Shown: piece after piece, positions 54,861 through 62,898 of the stretch
How the letters are laid out: every line of letters starts with the position of its first letter
How positions within the stretch are numbered: position 1 is the stretch's first letter
Source of the DNA: a virus
IMG/VR virus record: IMGVR_UViG_3300049846_002076
Location: 1 to 64,000 of that record
Direction: 5' to 3' (one strand)
Length of the DNA stretch: 64,000 nt
The notes under the pieces: model-generated
Databases searched by the model: none
Seen by the model: the letters and a program-made list of their open reading frames with translations, nothing else
Told to the model about the DNA's origin: nothing
Made by a program: the position numbers and the translations under genes

Positions 54861-55715
54861 TTACGAGTTGTCGCCCACGATGAAGAGGCGGCCGGTCGTC
54901 GGATCCGGGTAGCCCGTGAACTCGACGTTGAAGATCCGCTCCTGGTCGAGCTTGTAGGCGAAGTTCAGGGCGCCGCCCGTGTTCGCCAGCGGGATCACGA
55001 AGTCGTCGGACAGGTCGCCGGCGGCTTTCGCGGTCGGGTGCAGGCGCAGTTCCTTGGCGCTGGTCAGGAGATCCTGGCCGATGCCATGGTCGACGGAGAC
55101 GTATTTCTTCGTCGCGTCGACGCCACCCGTGAGGGTCGCGCCACCCATCGTCACCTTCGCCGCGGCAGTGCCGGTGACGGTGGTGAAGGTGTTGCCTTCC
55201 ACGCCGACGAACTCGTAGGTGAGCGTCACGACGTTGGTGGACGGCGAGGCGTCGACCAGCGAGAGCAGCGGGTTGGACGTCGCGTTGATGAAGTTCGACA
55301 GGTTCGTCGCGGTGGCAGCGGAGGACGCGCCGATGAGCACCTGGGTCTGGTTGTTGGCGACCGCGGTCTTGAACGTGATCGTGACGCCGTTGATGATGAT
55401 CGTCTCGCCGTCCGACGGGTTGGTCGTGATCGTGACCGTGCCCGACGCCTTGGTGCCGCCCGTCTGGGTCAGCGTGGCGCCCGGCATGATCTTGATCAGG
55501 TTCTCGACCGTGGTCTCGGCCATCGGCACCTTGACCGTGAGACTGCGGCCCATCACGTATTCGTTGATGGGGGTCTTGCCCATCTGGTCGACTTCGACCT
55601 TGTGGGTCTCGGACGTGACGTTCACCTCGACGCCACCCTGAGTCAGACCCAGGTCGTCGCCGTCGAAGTAGACCCGGCACACACCGAGTTTGACGTTGCG
55701 GGTATCGCTCTTCAT
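54861..55715 (-). CDS. Major tail (tube) protein
   Basis: VKLG.C.V...LGLTQGGVEV...VDQ.G.TP...VPMAE; position; strongly biased codons. Confidence 0.87.
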   Translation of the reverse strand: MKSDTRNVKLGVCRVYFDGDDLGLTQGGVEVNVTSETHKVEVDQMGKTPINEYVMGRSLTVKVPMAETTVENLIKIMPGATLTQTGGTKASGTVTITTNPSDGETIIINGVTITFKTAVANNQTQVLIGASSAATATNLSNFINATSNPLLSLVDASPSTNVVTLTYEFVGVEGNTFTTVTGTAAAKVTMGGATLTGGVDATKKYVSVDHGIGQDLLTSAKELRLHPTAKAAGDLSDDFVIPLANTGGALNFAYKLDQERIFNVEFTGYPDPTTGRLFIVGDNS

Positions 55716-55754
55716 TGCAGGTTCCTTTCCTAGCTAGGGAAATTGGGAGGGATC

Positions 55755-55798
55755 AGTCACGACTGCCTGATTGTGCCAGAAGTGGGCACTCGCGTCAA
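55755..55798 (-). promoter_or_regulatory. Promoter TTGACG-17-CACAAT with operator AGTCA-CGAC-TGCCT near +1
   Basis: -35 at 55798-55793, -10 at 55775-55770, palindrome at 55755-55768. Confidence 0.78.
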
Positions 55799-56190
55799 CC
55801 GACGACGTAACAGACATCAAAGTTCACAAGAAACTCGTTCAGCTTCGACGGAGCTTCCGGGAACGGGAAGGGTTCGGCACGCGGGCGCATGTATTTGATC
55901 CACAACGTCCCGACCTGCTGCTCGGTCTGGATCGTCAGGGCGGTGATGATGTTCTTCGCCAGGGTTTCGGCGACCGCGTAGGAGGGCGCCCGGGTGATCA
56001 CCTGGAAGGTCGTCTGACGCCAGCCCGGCTTCTCGTGGTCGTAGTCGACCCCGCCGAAGTAGTGACGCAGCATGACCCCCTCCCGGTTGTCTGCCGGCCA
56101 GCCGTTGATGAAAAGGTTCTGGGCCTTCACAAGGCCCAGAGCGGGGTTGGTGGTGGCCGCAAGCTTGTCGCGGACGGTTTCGAGGATCAT
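55795..56190 (-). CDS. Tail terminator-like protein (start re-called at MILETV)
   Basis: Position; FQVITRA..Y..AE.LA; P.P...EFLVNF. Confidence 0.72.
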   Translation of the reverse strand: MILETVRDKLAATTNPALGLVKAQNLFINGWPADNREGVMLRHYFGGVDYDHEKPGWRQTTFQVITRAPSYAVAETLAKNIITALTIQTEQQVGTLWIKYMRPRAEPFPFPEAPSKLNEFLVNFDVCYVVG

Positions 56191-56714
56191 TTTCCGAACA
56201 CCTTTCTGGCGGCCTGCTCCGCCTTGCGCTTGATCTTGTCGGCATGCTCGCGATACGCCCGCTCGAGGAACTTGCCCCCGGCCTGGGCACCCTTTGCCAG
56301 GGTAGAGGGGCTCGCCTCGAACCCCGGGCCGCCCCATTCGCCGTGCGGGAGCAGCCCTTCGTGCATGAGCCAGGCATAGCGCCCGATCGGCCGGCCCTGG
56401 TCGTCGGTGCGTCGGCCATTGACCCAGACCGTGAGCTTGAGGGCACGCCCGCCCCCGGTATTCTCGTTCTTCACCTCGATTGCTTCCTGAAGGTGCTTGC
56501 GGGGGTTGCTGCTGCCGCCGTATTCGGGCGAAGCGTAGGGCGCCATGTCCTTCGCGGTTTCGGCGATCTTCTTCGCCCCGTCCCGCAGAATGTCGTTGAC
56601 GACCTTCGAGGCTTTGTCCCCCTCGTGGGAGATGATTGCCTTTACCCGGTTCGCGACGATCTCGCCATCGAAAAAATCAATGGGGACGCCATTCAGTCGG
56701 AGTTTCAGTCCCAT
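56187..56714 (-). CDS. HK97 gp10-like tail completion protein (start re-called at MGLKLR)
   Basis: AK.MAP...HL..AI...YAW.MHEG...KFLERA. Confidence 0.75.
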   Translation of the reverse strand: MGLKLRLNGVPIDFFDGEIVANRVKAIISHEGDKASKVVNDILRDGAKKIAETAKDMAPYASPEYGGSSNPRKHLQEAIEVKNENTGGGRALKLTVWVNGRRTDDQGRPIGRYAWLMHEGLLPHGEWGGPGFEASPSTLAKGAQAGGKFLERAYREHADKIKRKAEQAARKVFGK

Positions 56715-57055
56715 GCCTCGCCCCGGACTTCGTAGTGGTCGAGCTGTCCCCAGATCGTGTAGCGGGGGTGCATGCTGATGATCCGCAGCGTCGCCCCGGA
56801 CACCTCGAGCTTGTCTCCCATGCGGGCGACCGTGCCCGGGATCAGGAGAATCTTGCTGCGGGCGGCGAAGTCTTCGCCGTAGCCGCGGGAAGCCGAGCTG
56901 TCGGCACGCACCGTGGTGTGCTGTGTGATCGTCTCGACGGTCACGATGGCACACTTCTCGGTGTAGGAGGTCGTCGAAAGCTGCGCCTCACCGTAGTCGT
57001 TCGAGCCCACCATGGGGGTGATGACGCAGGAATTCATGGGATTCAGTGTCGTCAT
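56705..57055 (-). CDS. Head closure / head-tail adaptor
   Basis: NDYGE...GDKL...HYEV; position. Confidence 0.72.
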   Translation of the reverse strand: MTTLNPMNSCVITPMVGSNDYGEAQLSTTSYTEKCAIVTVETITQHTTVRADSSASRGYGEDFAARSKILLIPGTVARMGDKLEVSGATLRIISMHPRYTIWGQLDHYEVRGEAWD

Positions 57056-57795
57056 GCGGGCTCCATCATCGCGGTCGAATTGGGGTGGAAGAGCTCGTCC
57101 CGGGCGTCCTTGTAAGTCGGGTATCCCGGGGTCTTGCCCGACAGCGAGATCGTCACAGACGGGCGTCCATCAGGCCAGGTGATCTTGGCGAGATCCTGTT
57201 TCTGGGAGATGGCGAAGGCAGCCGAATCCGCCTGAAGCTGCACGAGGTAGCCCCGCACCATGTTGCGAAGAAAGGTCGCGGTATCCCACCGGCGACCCGC
57301 TTTGTCGATCGTCTTGAACTGCAGGTTGGCGACCTTCTCGCGACGGGCGTAGATAGGGGCATTCTTCCCGTAGCGGGGGCGACCCAGGTGGGTCTCGATC
57401 GCGAACGTCCGAAACGCCCGCAAGGCGGCGTATTGGTCACGCATCGCCATCGCCAGGATCTCGCCGATGACTTCGTTGTAGCCCTCGATTGAAAGCAGCT
57501 CGAGTTGGGCGAAAATCTCGTGCTGCAGCGGTTCCGAAACCACCGAGACGCCCGCCTCCAGCGCTTGCTTGCGGGACTCTGAGAGCACACCCACGGCGGC
57601 GCCCTGGTTGCCCAGAAGACGATCGAAAGTCTCGTTTTCCAGCTTCACCCGAACCTGGGTGCTTTCCGGGTCGGGGTTCTCGAAGGCACGTGCGAGCAGC
57701 ACCTCGAGGTTCGCCAGGTAACCGCGGTAGGATCCCTCGATCAGGGCAGCCGGAGCCTCAAGCTGCCGGCCGGTCAGCCACGCCCGATGCGCCAT
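57052..57795 (-). CDS. Minor capsid / head morphogenesis-like protein (start uncertain)
   Basis: DKAGRRW, ISLSGKTPGYPT...LFHPN motif of minor capsid proteins. Confidence 0.68.
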   Translation of the reverse strand: MAHRAWLTGRQLEAPAALIEGSYRGYLANLEVLLARAFENPDPESTQVRVKLENETFDRLLGNQGAAVGVLSESRKQALEAGVSVVSEPLQHEIFAQLELLSIEGYNEVIGEILAMAMRDQYAALRAFRTFAIETHLGRPRYGKNAPIYARREKVANLQFKTIDKAGRRWDTATFLRNMVRGYLVQLQADSAAFAISQKQDLAKITWPDGRPSVTISLSGKTPGYPTYKDARDELFHPNSTAMMEPA

Positions 57796-58583
57796 CTGGC
57801 AACCGTCGTGTAGCCGTGCAGGGCTTTCATCGCCCGCTTGCAAACCGGGAATTCGATCGGCTTCATCCCGGGCCGGAACATCTGCGAGCTCTCGCCCACA
57901 GTGCGGGAGAAGACGCCCGATTCGATCGCCTGCTGTTCGGGTTCCCCACCCAGAACATAGTTCGCCTGGTAGAGCTGCGCCTTCTTGAGGGACTCGAAGA
58001 ACTCGGGCGGCAGAAGGGCGAGTTTCGCGGCGTCGAGCTCGTCGAGGTCGCTTTCCGAGCCCGGGGTGTCGCCGTCCCAGGTGATCGTGCTCTGGTTCGC
58101 GGTGTCCTCGTCGTAGATGAACTGCATCCGGCAGATCGCCTCGTAGGCGGAGATGAGCGCCGTCCGACGGTTCTCGGAGGTCGCGGCACTCCATCCCGCC
58201 AAGTCGTGCATGTCGGTGGCGAGCAGCTCGGCCTCGAGCTCGTTCATGAAGCTGTTCTCGCCGACGATCAGCCCATCGCTGCGAACGATGTAGTTGATCG
58301 TCGCGGTGTAGACCGAGGTGTCCGAGAAGGTCATGGTGACCCGAATCTGCCGGATCGCCCTGGTTTCCCCGACCGCGAGGGTGTTGGTCGCCGCGTCCAG
58401 GTTCATCTGGATCCCGAACGGTGCCGCTGCGCTGGTCACCGTGCCGGCCGCCGACACCTGCTTCACCAGGCCGTTCTGGTCGATGACCTCGAAGACGAAG
58501 GCGGAAAGCGTCACCAGGGCGCCGACGGGCGCCGAGACGGTTGCCGAGTAGATCGCGCTGATGTTCGGGGCCAAGACCTTCAT
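57774..58583 (-). CDS. Head-tail connector protein
   Basis: GENSF...EAE...W...ALISA...LKKAQL.QA...TVGE. Confidence 0.72.
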   Translation of the reverse strand: MKVLAPNISAIYSATVSAPVGALVTLSAFVFEVIDQNGLVKQVSAAGTVTSAAAPFGIQMNLDAATNTLAVGETRAIRQIRVTMTFSDTSVYTATINYIVRSDGLIVGENSFMNELEAELLATDMHDLAGWSAATSENRRTALISAYEAICRMQFIYDEDTANQSTITWDGDTPGSESDLDELDAAKLALLPPEFFESLKKAQLYQANYVLGGEPEQQAIESGVFSRTVGESSQMFRPGMKPIEFPVCKRAMKALHGYTTVARWRIGRG

Positions 58584-58586
58584 GGA

Positions 58587-59192
58587 TCAGTCCTCTTCGA
58601 CGAATGCGACGGAGTCGTCTTGCACGGTTGCGACGCCCGCGGGCACGGGGGTCGGTTCAGCTTCCTTGGGCGCGGGAGCCTTGGTCAGAATGCGACCGTC
58701 GGAGACGCCGGCGCCCTTCTCGATCGTGGCGTCATCGCCGGCAATGCCCGCCGACTGCTGACCGGGATGCCGGGCACCCGTCTTGAGCAGCTTGTCGATC
58801 AACTCGACCCCGCTCTTCGCCTTGATCTCGAGCGGATCGGCGATCTCGCGCAGACCCTTGATGCCGACCGTGCCCAGGATCGTTTCGAGCTCCTCGCGCT
58901 CGTAGAGCTTGCCCAGGCCGTCGCCTTCTTCCCGAATCGCCCCTTGCTCGGAGACGTTCGTGATGTTGGTGGGCTCGAGCTTCGAGTCCATGGGAGTGTC
59001 GACGTTGTCGAGGATGATCTGCGACGGAGACGGATTGATCCCGGTGCCGACCTCCTCGATGGTGATCAGGGCTGCGAGCCGCTGGCACAGAACCGGCGAG
59101 ACATCGTCGACGCTCTCTCCATTGACGAAGTTGGCCCCACCGAGGTTGCCGTTGAAGGCTTCCCAACCAGGCTGCGTGATCTTCAGTTTCAC
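58587..59192 (-). CDS. Hypothetical head-associated protein
   Basis: Directly after capsid gene; GAGGGG RBS; EEL..I...GIKGLREIA small helical domain. Confidence 0.7.
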   Translation of the reverse strand: MKLKITQPGWEAFNGNLGGANFVNGESVDDVSPVLCQRLAALITIEEVGTGINPSPSQIILDNVDTPMDSKLEPTNITNVSEQGAIREEGDGLGKLYEREELETILGTVGIKGLREIADPLEIKAKSGVELIDKLLKTGARHPGQQSAGIAGDDATIEKGAGVSDGRILTKAPAPKEAEPTPVPAGVATVQDDSVAFVEED

Positions 59193-59222
59193 TTTGTTCC
59201 CCTCAAAAGAGATTGCTGATGT

Positions 59223-59253
59223 GAAACGGGGGCAGCATCGCTGCCGCCCCCGT
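59223..59253 (-). terminator. Hairpin/terminator after major capsid gene
   Basis: acgggggc(ggc)agc-gat-gctgcccccgt-ttc. Confidence 0.6.
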
Positions 59254-59267
59254 ATTCAGTCGTGACA
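59254..59267. promoter_or_regulatory. Weak operator-like site ATTCA-GTCG-TGACA
   Basis: 8/10 match, intergenic; no clear promoter found. Confidence 0.4.
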
Positions 59268-59280
59268 GCTAACCCGAGGG

Positions 59281-60180
59281 TTAGATGTTGGTGACGCCCT
59301 TGAGACGAGCCACGGCCTTCGTGCTCTTCAGGGCGGCCCCGCAATACCACTTCACGCGGGTGCGGGTCGCGTCCTTGTTCTGCACGGTGCCGATCTCCTC
59401 GATCCGCCAGCCGGCCGAGTCGCCGCCGAACAGACCGTGGAAACCGTCGGCCTCGTTGAAGCGCACGGCGTAGATCGAGCAACAGGCCGAGGAGCCGCCC
59501 TGCACTTCGTTGCCGGGCAGCCACTCGTTCCGCAGGATCGCGAGACCGTTGTGGGCCGGCACCATGCCGAAGTTCTCGATCATGACCTGCTGCGGCTGCG
59601 CGCCGCCGAGGGCACGGAGCAGCGCCAGGTAGGCGCGGTAGGTGCCCGGGCGCATGATCAGCGCGTCGGCACCGAGCGGCACCTGGTCGGCCAGGTCGTC
59701 GAGCATCGACATCGTCAGCGCGGCGCCGTTGGCCCCCGCGGTGAGCGTCTGGCCCGCGACCGTCAGCTTCTTCAGGCCGTCGAACGACTTGGTGTCGCCC
59801 GTCACGTCGCCGTTCACGACCGTGTCGGCGAACTTGCGGGAGATCGCCTTGGCCTTGGCCGCGATCTGGATGGCCTTCTGGTTGTTGAGGTTCGACATCG
59901 TCTCCTGGAGGAACTTGTCGACGTCGACGTCGCCGGCGAGGATGCGGAGCTTCGCGGTGACTTCGTCGAAGTCCACGGCGCCCTCGTTGACGGTGTCGTT
60001 CGGATCCAGGAAGTCGACGGAAGCCAGCGACTTCTCACGGTGGTAGACCAGCGCCTTGCCGTCGACCTTCTGGAACGGCAGCATCGCCAGCATCTCGTCC
60101 TTCGTGAGGACTTCTTCGATCACGCCAGCGAGGACGTGGTCGGGGGAGAGGCGTTCGGCCTCGACTCGGAGCAGCGGCAT
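59281..60180 (-). CDS. Major capsid protein
   Basis: LPF..V.G.AL.Y.RE, L.ILAGDVDVDKF, NGD...FDGL, RVKWY.G.A; position after scaffold. Confidence 0.92.
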   Translation of the reverse strand: MPLLRVEAERLSPDHVLAGVIEEVLTKDEMLAMLPFQKVDGKALVYHREKSLASVDFLDPNDTVNEGAVDFDEVTAKLRILAGDVDVDKFLQETMSNLNNQKAIQIAAKAKAISRKFADTVVNGDVTGDTKSFDGLKKLTVAGQTLTAGANGAALTMSMLDDLADQVPLGADALIMRPGTYRAYLALLRALGGAQPQQVMIENFGMVPAHNGLAILRNEWLPGNEVQGGSSACCSIYAVRFNEADGFHGLFGGDSAGWRIEEIGTVQNKDATRTRVKWYCGAALKSTKAVARLKGVTNI

Positions 60181-60286
60181 AGTGATTCCTTTCCTGTCTG
60201 GGTTGAAATGCGACCTGCTATCCCGGGGCCTACGAAATGCGACTTGGCGCCACGTCTCTTAGGTCCGCCGAGCCCATCAGGATGTA

Positions 60287-60307
60287 AGTCAGCACTGACT
60301 GTAGCAC
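60287..60307 (-). promoter_or_regulatory. Perfect operator AGTCA-GCAC-TGACT overlapping a possible extended -10 TGcTACAGT
   Basis: Palindrome at 60287-60300, upstream of the capsid leader. Confidence 0.78.
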
Positions 60308-60356
60308 ACTGGAACGAAAAAGGGAAGACCCCCATTCGTCCCAGTGTGCATCCGTG

Positions 60357-61196
60357 TTACTTCTTCTTGCTGGCCGCCTCCAGGCCGGCCGCGATCTTCT
60401 CGATCGGGGTGAGCTTCTTCTCGTCCTTCTTGCCGCCGTCGGCTTCCTTCCCGCCGGGCTTGCCCGTCGAGGAAGCGGCGCCCTCGCCGATCTTGCTCTT
60501 CAGCAGCGAGTCCTTGTCGGGGTCGGCCTCGATGATCTTCTTGAACGCTTCGTCGAAGGACAGGGGTTCGCCCTTGCCGTCGACCAGCGGGGCGCGATCC
60601 TTCTGGCCCGCGGGCTTGTCGTAGCCGACGACCTTGCCGTCCTTGTATTCGAAGTGGGCGCCGTAGAGCGCACGCGCCTTGTTGGGCGTGAGCGCCAGGT
60701 CGTCGTGAACGAACTTCGAGCCCGTGAACGAAGAGCCGACCGTGATGTCCGCGATCGTCTTGTTCAGGTTGCCGATCTCGGTGTCCTTCTCGGCGAGCTT
60801 GCCGGCGACCGCGTTGAGCTCCTTCTGGTGGGCTTCGTTCATCTGGGCCTTCACCTTCTCCCACTCGCCCTTGCGAACGGCTTCGAGCTCCTCGGCGGCC
60901 TTCTGGTCGGCGATCAACTTCTTGATCGCGACCGGGTCGATGCCGTCGAATTCCTTGAGCTTCGCCTCGAGCGCCTCCTTCGCCTTGGTGGCGTTCTCGA
61001 GCGCTTCCTTCTTCTTCATGACGTCCTTGAGCAGAGCCGCTTCCTTGTCGGTCAGCTTGTTCTTGGCGTCTTCCTCTTCCTTCTTCTTCGCAGCTTCGGC
61101 TTCCTCCGCGGCCTTCTTCGCCGCAGCCTCTTCGGCAGCCTTCTTCGCAGCAGCTTCCTCCGCGGCTTTCTGGGCCGCCAGTTCTTCGGGGGTCAT
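60357..61196 (-). CDS. Capsid scaffolding protein
   Basis: K/E/A-rich coiled coil between portal and capsid; C-terminal EKIAAGL. Confidence 0.82.
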   Translation of the reverse strand: MTPEELAAQKAAEEAAAKKAAEEAAAKKAAEEAEAAKKKEEEDAKNKLTDKEAALLKDVMKKKEALENATKAKEALEAKLKEFDGIDPVAIKKLIADQKAAEELEAVRKGEWEKVKAQMNEAHQKELNAVAGKLAEKDTEIGNLNKTIADITVGSSFTGSKFVHDDLALTPNKARALYGAHFEYKDGKVVGYDKPAGQKDRAPLVDGKGEPLSFDEAFKKIIEADPDKDSLLKSKIGEGAASSTGKPGGKEADGGKKDEKKLTPIEKIAAGLEAASKKK

Positions 61197-61255
61197 ACAC
61201 TACCTTTCTGCCCTATCTCTCGGGCGCTTGTGGCCGATCTCTTGGCCGGTTTGTG

Positions 61256-62842
61256 CTACGAGTTCACTACCTTGTTCGCGATTGCGTTCTTGCCTTCCTT
61301 CTTGATCGGGTCGCCCTTTGCCGCGCCGGCAGCACCGGCTTCGGCCATCTTGCGAGCCATCTCGACGGGATCGGGCGGCCACGACTTCACGCTTTCCTTC
61401 AGCGCTTCCATCACTTCTTCCTTCACCTGCGGGAACAGCTTCTCGATCAGGGTGTTCATCTGCTCCTGACGCACTTCGTCGGGAGCGTCGATCAGCGCCA
61501 GGCGGGCGGCGATCTCGAATTCGTCGTAGAGCGAGCGAACGTCGAAGTTGTCGGGGTATTCGACCAGCTCGTTCTCGAGCTCCTCGATCATTTTCTCTTC
61601 GCCATGCCACTTCGCGACGAGCCAGCAGAGCCGGTTCTCGATGCGCTCGAGCGAACCTGCCTTCGAGGCGAGCAGGGCGTTGACGCGCTCGAAGTCGTAG
61701 GCTTTCGCCACGCCCGAAGCGTTGTCGATGCCCTTGCCCGAGTCGTCCTTCGTGCGTTCGCCCGAGAGACCGACCGAGTGGTAGATTTCGTTGATGATCT
61801 TGCCGACGACCGCCAGGATGAGTTCTGCCTGCTTCACGTCGGGCGAGAGGTAGAAGGGTGCCGCGTTGCCCTCGCCGTTGTAGGTGAAGACGCGCTTCGT
61901 GCCCATCTGGATGAGCTTGTCGATGGTCGCGGTGTCGGTGTCGGTGCCCGGCATGAGACCCTGGGCCGGCATCGCAAGCTGGCTGAAGGTCTGATCCTGA
62001 ATGATCGCGTCCATGTTCGACAGATAGTTCGCGACCGCACGATCGAGGTAGGCGACATCGGCGATCATCGCCGGTGAAGTGTAGGGTTCGTCGGAGATCA
62101 CGTTGTCGGCGGCGAACACCGGCACGACGCCCAGGTTGTGCATGATCGGGGCGCGGGGGATCACCTTGACCTTCGTGGGATCCTTCGAATCTTCGCCCTT
62201 CGTCTCGAAAAGCTGGCTGAACGTGCGAGTCCACAGCCGGTAGCGGTATTTCACCTTGCCGGAACTGTCGATGGGGTCGGCATCGTCCCGCGTCGTCTCT
62301 CGAATGAGAATCCAGTTGAGGTCGCCGCGGTCGTCGTAGCTCATGTCGAGCGCGTCCTGCGGCAGCACCATGTAGGAGTAGACGCGAACGCCGGCCTTCT
62401 TCTCGTCGGCCTTCGTTCTGATCTTGCCGGTGCGGTTCGAGTCGACCACGACCCAGACGCGACCATTGGTCGAGCTGGCGCAGGAAATGCGCTTGGCGTA
62501 ATCCTCGATCTCGAGACCGTTGAGGGTGGAGTTCTCCCAGAACTTCTTCACGCTCTCCGGGGCGTCGCCTTCGCGGCGAACGATGAGCATCTTGAAGATG
62601 TGCTTGTCGACGAGGTCGACCACTTCCCGGGTGTGGTTGAAGCGATAGGCGCGACTGCGACGGGCACTGTATTCGTCGTCACCTTCCTTGTGATACTTGA
62701 AGATGTTGTTGACGAACCACTCCCGTCCACCGTTGTAGGTGTCCTGGAGAAACGCCCAGTGACTCTCCATCGCGTCGTATTCGGGGTGACGACGCTTGAT
62801 GAAGCTCCTGAGCCTGGTCTGTTCGGAAACGGGGTCGGCCAT
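61256..62842 (-). CDS. Portal protein
   Basis: 528 aa after terminase; HPEY...W...Y.GG, HNLGVVP, SGVAKAYDF, YP..FD. Confidence 0.88.
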   Translation of the reverse strand: MADPVSEQTRLRSFIKRRHPEYDAMESHWAFLQDTYNGGREWFVNNIFKYHKEGDDEYSARRSRAYRFNHTREVVDLVDKHIFKMLIVRREGDAPESVKKFWENSTLNGLEIEDYAKRISCASSTNGRVWVVVDSNRTGKIRTKADEKKAGVRVYSYMVLPQDALDMSYDDRGDLNWILIRETTRDDADPIDSSGKVKYRYRLWTRTFSQLFETKGEDSKDPTKVKVIPRAPIMHNLGVVPVFAADNVISDEPYTSPAMIADVAYLDRAVANYLSNMDAIIQDQTFSQLAMPAQGLMPGTDTDTATIDKLIQMGTKRVFTYNGEGNAAPFYLSPDVKQAELILAVVGKIINEIYHSVGLSGERTKDDSGKGIDNASGVAKAYDFERVNALLASKAGSLERIENRLCWLVAKWHGEEKMIEELENELVEYPDNFDVRSLYDEFEIAARLALIDAPDEVRQEQMNTLIEKLFPQVKEEVMEALKESVKSWPPDPVEMARKMAEAGAAGAAKGDPIKKEGKNAIANKVVNS

Positions 62843-62865
62843 GTCTGTCCTGTATAAGCTCCGGC

Positions 62866-62894
62866 AGTGTAGCAGTCAGTGGTGACTAACGCAA
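62866..62894 (-). promoter_or_regulatory. Promoter TTGCGT-17-TACACT with perfect operator AGTCA-GTGG-TGACT in the spacer
   Basis: -35 at 62894-62889, -10 at 62871-62866, palindrome at 62874-62887. Confidence 0.83.
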
Positions 62895-62898
62895 GGGG

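Noticed and set aside
61075-61185. AAEEAAAKK repeats as an engineered EAAAK linker
   Set aside because: Degenerate codons at a scaffold N-terminus; consistent with a natural charged helix
4217-62887. Palindrome as a host CRP/FNR/LexA box, REP element or recombination site
   Set aside because: Half-sites and spacing differ from TGTGA-N6-TCACA, TTGAT-N4-ATCAA and CTGT-N8-ACAG; single copies tied to promoters argue against REP or recombination sites, although a different host regulator is not excluded
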